Virus record (IMG/VR): IMGVR_UViG_3300009709_000001
Coordinates: 253,336 to 317,335 of that record
Direction: 5' to 3' (one strand)
Source: a virus
Taxonomy: Duplodnaviria > Heunggongvirae > Uroviricota > Caudoviricetes
Length of the DNA stretch: 64,000 nt
A program made the translations under genes and the position numbers. Under the pieces are notes generated by a model. It was not told the origin of the DNA. It made no database searches and worked only from the letters and a program-made list of their open reading frames with translations. Of the stretch, positions 25,983 through 35,625 are shown in pieces; position 1 is the stretch's first letter; each line of letters opens with the position of its first letter.

Positions 25983-26157
25983 GTTTGTAATTTCTTGGTT
26001 TTTGTCTTGGACGCCTGTTTCAGCAGCATAGTCATTGCCAGCCGCCGATTATCGGCTTGGTGCTTTTCCGGAAAGAACTTCTTTTCAAACCAGAACATGA
26101 ACAGACCTGTAGGAATGCCTACGCCGATTGAGAAGAGGAAAAGCACCAAGTAGAACA

Positions 26158-26643
26158 TCAGGCCATTTCCTCTTCTCTGAACAGTTCCAGCAGGCCGTTG
26201 GCCGAATTGCGGATTTGCAGCTTGGCCTTCTTCTGGCGCACATGCTTCTTCAGCAGTGCGAGAGCGTCTTCGCGGTTGTCGAAGGTGTCCACGACTTCGC
26301 CGTTGCTGACCTTCTCGGCAACGTATTCGAGCGTGCCGTCTTCGATGGCTTGCAGGGTTTCGTATTCGCCCGGTGCGAAACTGCGGCTTTCCAACCAGTT
26401 CATCACCTTACCCGGTTTCACCTCGTCAGTGTTGGGTTCCAGCAGCGCTTCCATGCTTGCGCGATGTTCGGCGACGGTGATGCTGGAGACGCCACCGGTT
26501 TGTTGCCGATGCTTCCGGATGCGCTCACCCAGTTCTTCCTGCTGGCGACGAAATTCGGCACGGCAGCGGGCCACCATCTTGTCGCACCACATGCGGCAAG
26601 CGTAGATGTATTGAACGCGCTTCTTCAGTGTGCGGAGCTTCAT
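26158..26643 (-). CDS. hypothetical protein
   Basis: GAGG RBS, promoter upstream. Confidence 0.8.
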   Translation of the reverse strand: MKLRTLKKRVQYIYACRMWCDKMVARCRAEFRRQQEELGERIRKHRQQTGGVSSITVAEHRASMEALLEPNTDEVKPGKVMNWLESRSFAPGEYETLQAIEDGTLEYVAEKVSNGEVVDTFDNREDALALLKKHVRQKKAKLQIRNSANGLLELFREEEMA

Positions 26644-26696
26644 TTCTGACCCCTCTGTTACGATACCTATACTTTAATGTAGGGTGAGCGGATTGT

Positions 26697-27005
26697 CTAC
26701 CGCTTACTCCAAATAGTTGATTCAATTTGTTTGATAAACGAGTTTCTTCCGAGAAGCAATGATTTCACGTTGTTGAGTTCCGTCTCGGAATTGCAATCTG
26801 CAATCATTTGCAGTGCATCTGTTTCCAAATCGGAAAGCAATTTTCGGAAGGCACCCGCCTTCGTATGTTCTTCGTTTGCACGCATGAAGATGTTTCTGTA
26901 TTCTTCGACCGAACCCAGAAACGACCTATGTTCGCCGAGCTTGCCAAGTGGCCGTTCAGCGTTGAGCTGCGCCATGAACTTGTCCCACAGATCTTCGGCA
27001 ATCAT
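26697..27005 (-). CDS. hypothetical protein
   Basis: Start MIAEDLW inferred. Confidence 0.65.
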   Translation of the reverse strand: MIAEDLWDKFMAQLNAERPLGKLGEHRSFLGSVEEYRNIFMRANEEHTKAGAFRKLLSDLETDALQMIADCNSETELNNVKSLLLGRNSFIKQIESTIWSKR

Positions 27006-27006
27006 T

Positions 27007-27465
27007 TCATCTGCTCCCGCGATTGATGCGTGCTTTACGTGCATGCTGATCAAGTGGCCATCGTCCTCGCTGTTGGGCACGGATCAGACTATCGACATTG
27101 GTAAAGATTTCGGTTGTGTTCCAGAACCAGTGTCGCTTCGGATCGACCTCGCGATAGTGAATGAGAACAATGGGTTCATCTTGAAAGATTGCAAATTGGC
27201 TTGCAGTGAGATCCAAGATGTGATCTTCGACAACTGGAAACACATGGGACTGACCAGTTTTCGGGCAAGTCCACATATGAATCTCGGATTTGATTCCCTT
27301 TTCGGCCCATCTTTCGAACTGTTCCGCTGTGGCCCGAGCACACCAGCCACGAAGACCCATGTCGTTTCGGACACTTTGAATTGGATTTCGATCGGATTCT
27401 GCTTCGATGTCGTATCGGCAGTCCTGTGCATCGGCAAGCAGGAAGTCACGGAATTCGGGTGTCAT
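27007..27465 (-). CDS. putative Cys-His-Asp papain-like fold protein
   Basis: GWCARAT...SHVFPVV...ILDLTASQF. Confidence 0.55.
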   Translation of the reverse strand: MTPEFRDFLLADAQDCRYDIEAESDRNPIQSVRNDMGLRGWCARATAEQFERWAEKGIKSEIHMWTCPKTGQSHVFPVVEDHILDLTASQFAIFQDEPIVLIHYREVDPKRHWFWNTTEIFTNVDSLIRAQQRGRWPLDQHARKARINRGSR

Positions 27466-27833
27466 GCCTTGGCGAGTTGTTTGGGATGGAGATGGGCCTT
27501 CTTGCGCCACTTCACTTCCAGGTTACGAATTTCTCGCTTCCCGTCGACGAAATAGCACATGGTGTCGTAACCGAATTCCTCCAGGGCGAAACCAATGCTT
27601 TCGGCAATGTCTCCACCCTCGATACGAATCATCACGCTGGTGAGATTCTTCTCGTGTGCGGCCAGAATACCGGCCACGACCAGCTTCCATTCGACGACTT
27701 TCGGTATGGAACCCGATCTGTCGTTGAGCAGATCTTTTGCCAGTGGCAGCTTTGGATCCTCATCCGGCGCCGAAGTGATAAGACCGGCAAGACCCGTCGC
27801 AAGCCGAAGCTTCCATGCATTCCATTTCTTCAT
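27462..27833 (-). CDS. hypothetical protein
   Basis: ATGA-coupled. Confidence 0.7.
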   Translation of the reverse strand: MKKWNAWKLRLATGLAGLITSAPDEDPKLPLAKDLLNDRSGSIPKVVEWKLVVAGILAAHEKNLTSVMIRIEGGDIAESIGFALEEFGYDTMCYFVDGKREIRNLEVKWRKKAHLHPKQLAKA

Positions 27834-28042
27834 ACCTTGCCTTTCAGATCGGGATCGAGAACGGTGCGATAGGCAACCACCGGTTGCCGTTGTTGCGCCA
27901 ACGCAACCTCTACCGGATAGCTCTGGCGCATAGGAATCGGATGCGGAGCCTGAAGTGGCGACACGCCTTCGCGAGCGAGAGCCTCTTGAAAGCACCTGTC
28001 GCAACGGAATTCGAACGGCACATCGTGGGAGCAACGCGGCAT
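27830..28042 (-). CDS. hypothetical protein
   Basis: AGGAG RBS. Confidence 0.6.
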   Translation of the reverse strand: MPRCSHDVPFEFRCDRCFQEALAREGVSPLQAPHPIPMRQSYPVEVALAQQRQPVVAYRTVLDPDLKGKV

Positions 28043-28052
28043 GATCAACTCC

Positions 28053-28247
28053 TTAGAAGTATTGATGCGTAATGAAACCGCCGAGGAGAGAACCTGCGGC
28101 CAGGCAACCCAAGATACCGGTGAACTTGTTCTGTTTGGAATTGGTCGCCCCACCGGAAAGTTCGATGAGATGACGGAGGATCACGGCAACGAGAGTTGCA
28201 ACAATCAGGGCGAACTGAAAAGCATTGATGATCATCTCAGGCCTCAA
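28053..28247 (-). CDS. small membrane protein
   Basis: 2 TM. Confidence 0.7.
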   Translation of the reverse strand: MRPEMIINAFQFALIVATLVAVILRHLIELSGGATNSKQNKFTGILGCLAAGSLLGGFITHQYF

Positions 28248-28392
28248 ATGGCTTTGGCAGATGTCATTAGTTTATTGCTTCTAGTGAATAAAAGCAAGAG
28301 ATTACTTTCTAAATCCTGAATGTAATGTAAGAACCAAAATTAGGATTTGGAGTTTGGTTTACAAATCTGATTTCAATTTTTGATCTGGATTT

Positions 28393-28614
28393 TTAGAATC
28401 CATTCTCGCGATGATATTTAATCAGCTTCTTCAACATCGCATCGTCAATTATCGAATTATATTCGGATTCTGTAAGGCTACCATCCCTTAACTGTCCATA
28501 TAGCATATAGACTAGGACTTTATATGCTGTCCGAAGAACAGGCGAAGGAAATTTCTTTTCATCGAGCGGGAGGTATTTCAACCTCACGACAACTTCTAAT
28601 TCTTCATCATTCAT
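28393..28614 (-). CDS. LKY-family protein
   Basis: MNDEELEVVVRLKYLPL. Confidence 0.8.
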   Translation of the reverse strand: MNDEELEVVVRLKYLPLDEKKFPSPVLRTAYKVLVYMLYGQLRDGSLTESEYNSIIDDAMLKKLIKYHRENGF

Positions 28615-28859
28615 GGTGGTATCGCAATGTTGAGATGATATTGCGCCATAGCATCGATAACAGCTCGGGATCTCATCGCATAAACTTCATCTCTTGTAAG
28701 CTTCACGCTTCCGCCGGAATCAAGACTTTCATTATAAAGGATTCTCATTCTTTTATTATAGATTTCTCTAGCACCGGCAGGAAGCCAGCTAACATCTCCA
28801 TCATTTAACGGAAGATATTTCAGAGTTAGGATTAGCCTAAGCTGACCCTCATCCATCAT
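28611..28859 (-). CDS. LKY-family protein
   Basis: DEGQLRLILTLKYLPL. Confidence 0.8.
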   Translation of the reverse strand: MMDEGQLRLILTLKYLPLNDGDVSWLPAGAREIYNKRMRILYNESLDSGGSVKLTRDEVYAMRSRAVIDAMAQYHLNIAIPP

Positions 28860-29071
28860 TGGCGACGTTTCTTCCAATCGTAACCTTCCGGGAGTACATC
28901 CGACACACCACGTTTCCCAACGGAGTCGCCGAATACAGTGCTAATCACGACATGGTTCATGCCGGCATTACGCAAATTGTTGGCCAGTGTCAGTGCTGGA
29001 CCTAATTCAGTTTCGCCCAGGAATTGCACCTGGGGCATTTCGTTTTCTATCCAAAATATTGCTATGTTCAT
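28856..29071 (-). CDS. hypothetical protein
   Basis: Clean ORF ending YDWKKRR. Confidence 0.75.
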   Translation of the reverse strand: MNIAIFWIENEMPQVQFLGETELGPALTLANNLRNAGMNHVVISTVFGDSVGKRGVSDVLPEGYDWKKRRQ

Positions 29072-29095
29072 CTGTGCATTTTAGCACAGTAGGAA

Positions 29096-29353
29096 CTATT
29101 CGTCAAGCAGATCAGCGTGGTAGCAATAGAAGGCGGCCTCCAATGTCCGATATGCATTATCTCGATTAGCCGGCTGCTTTAGCATGATAGCGATATACAA
29201 TCGCTTCGCACTCATGCTCTTCGTTGTAGGTGTGAGTATATGTGCGGTGACATTGATCACTTCATCGGGTAACAAGTTCACGAACTCCAGTTTACCTTCC
29301 ATGAAGAATGGATACTTCAGTCTATAGAATATTTCAGTTTCGTTGTCCATCAT
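29096..29353 (-). CDS. LKY-family protein
   Basis: MMDNETEIFYRLKYP. Confidence 0.8.
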   Translation of the reverse strand: MMDNETEIFYRLKYPFFMEGKLEFVNLLPDEVINVTAHILTPTTKSMSAKRLYIAIMLKQPANRDNAYRTLEAAFYCYHADLLDE

Positions 29354-29828
29354 AATGGTAGAATAGGAATCGCATCAGTTTTATTTCCAGATCTCTACCA
29401 TAACTAGCATAGATATGTTCCAAGAATGAAACGGTAAAGATGTTGCCATGCATGGCAAATGATGCGGGATAAACATTGCCTACTCGGAGCTTTACCATTT
29501 CGGGCAAAGAATCGACATAATCTTGATCGAAACGAATAGGCTGAAATTTGAGTATGAGAAGGCTTCGAAGCTGTTTGGCTTCATCATCTCTCATAAATTG
29601 CTTGTTCTGGTAGTATTGCCGGAGATTGGCACGAAGAACTTCTACCACACTGCCCGGCATTGGTCGAGGGTTAGCATGAAGGACAAACTCGCTAATGAAA
29701 TCTGTTCTATCCTCAAAGCCCGGATAATAGGTGTGTAGAAACTCATACGGATATGTTTTCCAGCATTCCTCACTCAGGTCAACCTTGCCGTGCTTCAATC
29801 GAATCATTGTATCGAATTCGTCGCTCAT
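29334..29828 (-). CDS. LKY-family protein with two fused units
   Basis: DTMIRLKHG and RSLLILKFQP. Confidence 0.75.
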   Translation of the reverse strand: MSDEFDTMIRLKHGKVDLSEECWKTYPYEFLHTYYPGFEDRTDFISEFVLHANPRPMPGSVVEVLRANLRQYYQNKQFMRDDEAKQLRSLLILKFQPIRFDQDYVDSLPEMVKLRVGNVYPASFAMHGNIFTVSFLEHIYASYGRDLEIKLMRFLFYHYDGQRN

Positions 29829-30121
29829 GGCCGGATAATGTTTTCCATATCGTTTAGGATTTCTCGCAGTTCCTGTACCATACCACGAATACTGTTGTTT
29901 TCTTTTTCGGAGATATCCCAACGATTTTTAATCACGTCGGCCATCAGTGCTGGATCATTTCGAACGGCCTGATATCCGATTTCTGCACCTTCTTTGGTAC
30001 AAAAGATGCGGCTTACCACACTGTACGCCCAGATATTGAGCACACCGTCTGGTAAGCCTTCCAATTCCTCCCTGGTGGGAGGAACTGAAATGGGATGTCG
30101 TATTACATCGAATAACGACAT
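29825..30121 (-). CDS. hypothetical protein, FDx(I/L)RxPxS type
   Basis: MSLFDVIRHPIS; resembles 30493. Confidence 0.7.
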   Translation of the reverse strand: MSLFDVIRHPISVPPTREELEGLPDGVLNIWAYSVVSRIFCTKEGAEIGYQAVRNDPALMADVIKNRWDISEKENNSIRGMVQELREILNDMENIIRP

Positions 30122-30128
30122 CCTGGCC

Positions 30129-30428
30129 TTACATGAACTGGTGAACGACCAGTGCGAATAGGAAGAACACGGTCGGGCTGATGAACTGGGCAGAGAATTC
30201 ATGCGCCAGTACTTCCGAATAGGACCTGTCACCCAATCCTATGGGAGTCTGGTGTGTCAGGAAGCCGACCACCAACATCAGCCCGATGGCCGGAACGATG
30301 GCAATGGGCGCGAGCGCGAACACGGGCACGATAAACCACAGCCACAGCTTCGACAGGATGAAACCCTGCCAGATGGCGCCAGGGATAGCCATGATGACCG
30401 AGAAGGCAAGAGCAATGAGAGCTTCCAT
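30129..30428 (-). CDS. membrane protein
   Basis: 3 hydrophobic segments. Confidence 0.75.
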   Translation of the reverse strand: MEALIALAFSVIMAIPGAIWQGFILSKLWLWFIVPVFALAPIAIVPAIGLMLVVGFLTHQTPIGLGDRSYSEVLAHEFSAQFISPTVFFLFALVVHQFM

Positions 30429-30492
30429 GATGATTTGGGAAGTAGTTGATGGAGCTTTAATTGTTGCAGGTTGAATGAAAGCAGTCAAGCTC

Positions 30493-30753
30493 TTATTCAT
30501 TGTATTTGGCAATTGCTTCGCGCAATTTATACATCATCGTCTCAAGACGGTGATCGTTCACACTCTGAAGCCACCATCTCATATAATCGGGTGTTTCATT
30601 TCCGTAGACGTAGGGTGTGTCTTCAACGCGTATCCGCTCTTGAATATCACACCACCACCTATTACGAAGATAGACTGGTAATCGATCTAGTAGGTCACCG
30701 TTAATAAGCTCGTGCCTGCTAACGGGCCAACGTAACGTGTCAAATACTGTCAC
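30493..30753 (-). CDS. hypothetical protein, FDx(I/L)RxPxS type
   Basis: MTVFDTLRWPVS. Confidence 0.75.
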   Translation of the reverse strand: MTVFDTLRWPVSRHELINGDLLDRLPVYLRNRWWCDIQERIRVEDTPYVYGNETPDYMRWWLQSVNDHRLETMMYKLREAIAKYNE

Positions 30754-30856
30754 TGTAAATCCGCCTGTTTTATGCGTGAAATAACGTGCTACAAAGCACG
30801 CAAAGGGTCAGCGCAATGTTTGCAGCATGACCCTCTGTTTTTCCACGTTTAATTTT

Positions 30857-31081
30857 TCACTCGTCAATCCATCGACCTATTTTCTCAACGCTGTGCGCCA
30901 ATAAGATGACAAATGGAAAGATTGCTGCGAATACGAACCCGAGGAGCAGTGACTTCGCCACTAATAACCCCATTGAGAAGAAGGTTAGGGCAAAGACAAG
31001 GGATGCCAGAATATAGGCAACTACCGAGACCAGAATGATCTTCTTGGTCTTTCTTGACATTGTAGGTGTATCTTTAAACAT
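30857..31081 (-). CDS. membrane protein
   Basis: 2 TM; promoter TTGACA-N17-CATAAT. Confidence 0.75.
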   Translation of the reverse strand: MFKDTPTMSRKTKKIILVSVVAYILASLVFALTFFSMGLLVAKSLLLGFVFAAIFPFVILLAHSVEKIGRWIDE

Positions 31082-31126
31082 GCCTTATTATGCAGCATGT
31101 TTAAGAAACTGTCAAGATTGGAGCAG

Positions 31127-31336
31127 TTATTCGGGTGCGCTGCCGTTTTCATTGAGGAGGCTGACGAGCTCCTCGACCGTGTAGGGCTTGCTGATGATAC
31201 CTTCGTTGATCAGCACGAATTGTCGGTCGTCTGTGGCATCTTCCAATTGGCCGATGGAGACCTTGCTCACATCCAGCTTCTTCAGGAACAGGCGACGACC
31301 TGCGCGAATGTCGGGGTTTTCCCAGATGAATTTCAT
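31127..31336 (-). CDS. hypothetical protein
   Basis: ATGA-coupled. Confidence 0.7.
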   Translation of the reverse strand: MKFIWENPDIRAGRRLFLKKLDVSKVSIGQLEDATDDRQFVLINEGIISKPYTVEELVSLLNENGSAPE

Positions 31337-31839
31337 GAATTGATTGGTCCGTAGAGTTTCACCTGCTCACGATACCGACCACGGCCGATAAACTGAGCGT
31401 TCAGGCAGCTGTCCTTTTCGAAACCAGTCCAGCAATACACACCAAGGCATTTGGGGCCTTTGGCATGCCCCATTTCAGAGCGAGCGAACCGTTCGATGCG
31501 TGTCTTGATGCTGCGCACGGTTTCGCCTGTGCGAACAAAGTCATCGACAATCATGTAATCGGCAATTGGCCGGCGAGTATTCACTTCGACCTTTCGTCCA
31601 TGGGATTTCTCGCCCTTTTTGCGGACATAGATGATCGGAAGTCCATAGCGTTCGGCAAGCAGAAATGCAATGGCCGAACCCGAACTGCCGGTGTAGGCGA
31701 TCGCATCAGGCATGTGCGGAACGTGCATACGGAATTCATGCACTGCACGACGCAGAGTTTCAGCCAATTGTTCCGGTTCCAAGACCATCCAGCCATAATA
31801 GCTGGTACGACCCAATTGAACTCCTTTGCTCTTGCTCAT
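31333..31839 (-). CDS. type I phosphoribosyltransferase-like protein
   Basis: PRPP-binding motif YMIVDDFVRTGETV; IYVRK. Confidence 0.85.
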   Translation of the reverse strand: MSKSKGVQLGRTSYYGWMVLEPEQLAETLRRAVHEFRMHVPHMPDAIAYTGSSGSAIAFLLAERYGLPIIYVRKKGEKSHGRKVEVNTRRPIADYMIVDDFVRTGETVRSIKTRIERFARSEMGHAKGPKCLGVYCWTGFEKDSCLNAQFIGRGRYREQVKLYGPINS

Positions 31840-31872
31840 ATCTTTGTGACCTTGCTGTACTATTCTGCTATT

Positions 31873-32343
31873 TTAAGGCAGTGCCTGAATAGAGTCAACA
31901 ACATTTATCACTTGATAGAAATCCCCGGCAACGATAACCATTTCGACCAAATTGCCAGTATTCGTTTTCGTGTAGTCGCGACCACCATCGATAAAGACAC
32001 TCTGGTCAGTGGAATGGCGCATATCCCATCGGCCACTACTGTAGACAATCTCACCGTCTTTCGCAACTGCACCGACAATATTGCCTTCGACGGCACTGGA
32101 GCCATCGCAAATATAGGTTTTGTCTTCACGGCCATGCAGCCCGAAATAATGAGAATGTCCGGGCATGGGTTCCGGTTGATAGAAGATGCTTATGCTGGAA
32201 GTGCCCCAATTACCGGCGCGATCTCTGATTGGAAGCATGCCGACAAATTTCGCGCCATAGTGCGCCTCAATTTGGTCAATTTTGAATGGGCATTCCGAAC
32301 GCTGGTTGTTAACTCGTGTCAGCTTTTCAAGAACTTGCGCCAT
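31873..32343 (-). CDS. conserved-looking phage hypothetical protein
   Basis: FIDGGRDY motif. Confidence 0.75.
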   Translation of the reverse strand: MAQVLEKLTRVNNQRSECPFKIDQIEAHYGAKFVGMLPIRDRAGNWGTSSISIFYQPEPMPGHSHYFGLHGREDKTYICDGSSAVEGNIVGAVAKDGEIVYSSGRWDMRHSTDQSVFIDGGRDYTKTNTGNLVEMVIVAGDFYQVINVVDSIQALP

Positions 32344-32521
32344 TTTCCAGCTCCTTGTTGTGCAATTTCACAATGTGCTCGGCTACATCTTGACCGATAT
32401 TGAATGCCACGGTAGGCCGCATCTCGTACTTGACCTTGAATTCGGGATTGTATTTCTCGATAATCAGATCAACATAGATGCTACCATCGACAGCAATCCA
32501 TTTCTGTTTCTTCGTGCTCAT
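32327..32521 (-). CDS. hypothetical protein
   Basis: GGAG RBS. Confidence 0.65.
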   Translation of the reverse strand: MSTKKQKWIAVDGSIYVDLIIEKYNPEFKVKYEMRPTVAFNIGQDVAEHIVKLHNKELENGASS

Positions 32522-32681
32522 TTCAACGGCACTCCTTCGTGAAATTTATCCGCAAGCTTTCGTAGCTTCTTCAGAGTTCTTCCGAAGCCCGTATATCTTG
32601 GAAGACCGAATACCTTACGCAGATGCCGACTATGTTTCAGCATGTGGTAAGTTCTATATGCGGTCGGATTTTTTCTTTTCA

Positions 32682-33050
32682 TTAGATCCCGCGTTTCAGT
32701 TTCTCGGCAAGCACCATCTGCATGATTTCTTGGGCAAATTCGTCCTCGCCTTGTTCCAGGGCGCGTGCCGCCAGATTCCGAAGGTCTTGAATGAGGACAG
32801 AGATGATTCCGCCGAGCGTATGTCCTTCGTTGCGGAGGGTACGAGCCTGCGTTTCGAACTCACTCGCATACAGCACCGCATCGGGCCCATAGAAACGGGG
32901 ATCAAGAAGCAGGTTGTATTCCCCGGCGACATCGGCAATGTCCTTGGCCTCTTTCAATCCCAGGCCAGTCAACGTACGAATTGCCTTGATGCAGGCAACC
33001 TTATTGGACATATGCGGTGCAATGACCAGGCGCAGAGTGCTGTTATACAT
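32682..33050 (-). CDS. ribosomal protein bL12 C-terminal-domain-like protein
   Basis: NKVACIKAIRTLTGLGLKEAKDIAD matches bL12 KxxxIKxVRxxTGLGLKEAKDLV. Confidence 0.75.
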   Translation of the reverse strand: MYNSTLRLVIAPHMSNKVACIKAIRTLTGLGLKEAKDIADVAGEYNLLLDPRFYGPDAVLYASEFETQARTLRNEGHTLGGIISVLIQDLRNLAARALEQGEDEFAQEIMQMVLAEKLKRGI

Positions 33051-33120
33051 TCGTATTCTCCAAAGGAAAAGGTAGTGTTAAATTATAGCATTACCCTTTG
33101 GCGGATGTCAAGCTTGGTGC

Positions 33121-33344
33121 TTAACTCTTCCGCGCCCGGAAGATGCCCAGGATGGTGCCGATGAGGATGGCGGCGGCCATCCTCATCCAGAAGCCGAAGG
33201 TGATCTGCGGGACGAAGGCACCGGCCGCGGCACCATTCATCGCGTCAGCGATCAGGGTGTTGACGGACCAGATGATCAGCCAGGGCCGATGAGGATGGCG
33301 AAGATGACGAAGGCGATGAAGCCGATGACGGCGAGTCCGTTCAT
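33121..33344 (-). pseudogene. small membrane protein ORF with apparent 1-nt deletion (33283-33285)
   Basis: 224 nt; adding one C gives a 74-aa ORF (...IGPWLIIWSVN...). Confidence 0.6.
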
Positions 33345-33395
33345 GTTGTTTCCTTGAATCAGGTTGAGGATCAGGGTTAGTTGCCAGTCGAGAAA

Positions 33396-33743
33396 TTAAC
33401 TACTGGAGGCAACGTTTCCAGCAGCCAATGCTTTTCGCAATGCCTTCGCTTGCGCTTCTTCGAGAAGCTGCTCAGCGTACATGGCAATGCGGGGAGTTCC
33501 GCGAACAGATTCCCTCCACCAGGCCTTTTGCCGTGGGGTAAGGAAGCCTGTACGCTTGAAGAAATTAGCCATGGAAGTCCCGCGCGGTGCATGCGCAGCA
33601 CTGAATCCACGACCATTCAGATATCTGGTCGACTCGCTGACTTGTTCGTCGGGAGTCTGTCGGTTGTTCAGCACAACCAATGCTCGGCACAGAGCACGGT
33701 CGTTATTCAAGAGCAGGGAGACAATCTCCGCTTTGGTAGTCAT
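33396..33743 (-). CDS. hypothetical protein
   Basis: RQTPDEQ...NGRGF. Confidence 0.8.
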   Translation of the reverse strand: MTTKAEIVSLLLNNDRALCRALVVLNNRQTPDEQVSESTRYLNGRGFSAAHAPRGTSMANFFKRTGFLTPRQKAWWRESVRGTPRIAMYAEQLLEEAQAKALRKALAAGNVASSS

Positions 33744-34036
33744 TTCTTACCCTTGTGCCACCAGTCTCTGGCATCGGATATTGCACCGAACATCAACAGC
33801 ATACTGATGATCGTGAAAACGAGGCACACGCAGAATAGGAGTATCCAGCAGGGGAAGGCAAGGATTCGAACAATCCAATTCTCCTTGCTGTCACACATCA
33901 CCATCAGCGCACAGTCACGAAGATAGAACAGGAAGCCAATCAGGAAAATGGCGCCGAACAATACTCCGATCACGGAGGCTACAATCAAAAGACCGTAACC
34001 TGTATCCGAGAGGCCGAAGATATGTTCGGGCGCCAT
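33740..34036 (-). CDS. membrane protein
   Basis: 2 TM. Confidence 0.75.
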   Translation of the reverse strand: MAPEHIFGLSDTGYGLLIVASVIGVLFGAIFLIGFLFYLRDCALMVMCDSKENWIVRILAFPCWILLFCVCLVFTIISMLLMFGAISDARDWWHKGKK

Positions 34037-34048
34037 GACAGCCTGCTC

Positions 34049-34303
34049 TTACAGGTTGTCGAATTGGCCGATGCGGTACAGCACACGGTTGTCCACCGTG
34101 AAGCCGTGCTGCAGGGCCGCGTCACGCAGCTGATAGGCCGACGGCAGCGTGGGGTTCTGCAGACCAGCGAACAGCTGGTTGACTTCCTTCTGCAGACGCG
34201 TGCGGTCGTCTTGACCCGCACCCACCGTGCTGGCGAGCAGCGCGTTGTCGTCGATGGCCTTGATCAGGGCTTGTGCGTGCTTGATGAAGGTACGCGATTC
34301 CAT
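34049..34303 (-). CDS. hypothetical protein
   Basis: GC3-rich. Confidence 0.75.
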   Translation of the reverse strand: MESRTFIKHAQALIKAIDDNALLASTVGAGQDDRTRLQKEVNQLFAGLQNPTLPSAYQLRDAALQHGFTVDNRVLYRIGQFDNL

Positions 34304-34397
34304 CTGTCTCTTTCTTCACATGGGGCATAGGCTCTGGCATGCCCCTAACCAGTAAACTAATTATGCCTGATTACGTAAGGTTTGTCAAGCAGTTATT

Positions 34398-34880
34398 TCA
34401 ATCTTTGAATACGGAGACCCATTCGCCATCGATTTTCGTTTTAAAGGATTTCAGTAGAGAACCTGGCTGTTCCTCTTCCTTTACGACCACCGGTTTCTTT
34501 TCCTTCTTCACGATAGCCTTCTTCACCGCCAAGAATTGCTCGCATTGGCTTTCAGTTAAGGAACGCATATGACAGGTTATCGGTTCGACGGTCGTGTGGC
34601 CAGCTTGAAAGAACATCTTGCTCGTTCCGGTAGCCTTATTCCACAACTTCGTATTCACACCAAGCGGCACCAGTTCGACCAAAAAGTCATAACTGGGTGC
34701 CCAGGGCATGTTGAGAGGTGGGCCATCACGCGGAGTAAGAGGCCATCCGGTTACTCCCGAATATTTCGCATGCAGGAACTGCGCTTCGGATTCTTCTTCG
34801 TCGTTGCGAGCCCTGTATGCTGATAGGAATGCATGACGAGATTTCTCGTCATGAATTGCTGGATCGGGATGATATTTCAT
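34398..34880 (-). CDS. hypothetical protein
   Basis: Start MKYHPDP, ATGA-coupled. Confidence 0.7.
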   Translation of the reverse strand: MKYHPDPAIHDEKSRHAFLSAYRARNDEEESEAQFLHAKYSGVTGWPLTPRDGPPLNMPWAPSYDFLVELVPLGVNTKLWNKATGTSKMFFQAGHTTVEPITCHMRSLTESQCEQFLAVKKAIVKKEKKPVVVKEEEQPGSLLKSFKTKIDGEWVSVFKD

Positions 34881-35230
34881 TCCAGTTCTTTGATCAATGC
34901 ATCGAGCCAACGGAAACGATAGTCCTGCACCAATTTCTTGCGAGTGAATTCGCCCATCTCGTCGAACTGCTTCCCGAGCCTGTTGGACAGGAAGGTCTCG
35001 ACAAAGGCAAATTTGCCCAGGAGATTGCTGATGTATTCAACTGCAAGATCTTCTTCTTCGCGAGTGATCTTTTCGCATCGTTCGGCGTTGGAAATTGCGT
35101 AGCAGATGTACTTCGCCTTACCTTGGCCGAAGTTGGGTATCTCACCGGCTTCGATTTCATCAGAAGTCAACAGATGTTTTTTCGCGGCGCCCAGCGCCTT
35201 GCGAATTGATTGCTTATCGTATTCGTTCAT
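34877..35230 (-). CDS. ICxAI...RWLDAL paralog 3
   Basis: ICYAI; DYRFRWLDALIKEL. Confidence 0.8.
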   Translation of the reverse strand: MNEYDKQSIRKALGAAKKHLLTSDEIEAGEIPNFGQGKAKYICYAISNAERCEKITREEEDLAVEYISNLLGKFAFVETFLSNRLGKQFDEMGEFTRKKLVQDYRFRWLDALIKELE

Positions 35231-35238
35231 GTTTTACC

Positions 35239-35625
35239 TTACGGATTCCATTTCTTTTCATTACTGAATTCGACGATCATGGCATCGACCCAGCGATGAC
35301 GATAGTCCTGAAGCAATTCAGCACGCTGCGGATTGCCACAGAGGCCATCGATTTGATCGTTCAGCCAGGTTCCCACCGAGTAATGTCCGCCGAGCATGCG
35401 CATGATGTGATTGATTGCGTAATCGGCTTGACGACGTGTGATCAATCCGGCGGCCGCTGCGCTATTGATAGCGAAGCAGATATTGAATTCCTTTATCACA
35501 TTGGGAATCGGATCTGCTATCACCATTAGGCCCAATTCCTTGCCGTTACGGAGGAACTGCTTGCAGGCCTTCAATGCGGCCACGATGCCGACACATCGTT
35601 CATGTTCGTAGCGATCGAAGCTCAT
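35239..35625 (-). CDS. ICxAI...RWLDAL paralog 2
   Basis: ICFAI; DYRHRWVDAMIVEF. Confidence 0.8.
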   Translation of the reverse strand: MSFDRYEHERCVGIVAALKACKQFLRNGKELGLMVIADPIPNVIKEFNICFAINSAAAAGLITRRQADYAINHIMRMLGGHYSVGTWLNDQIDGLCGNPQRAELLQDYRHRWVDAMIVEFSNEKKWNP

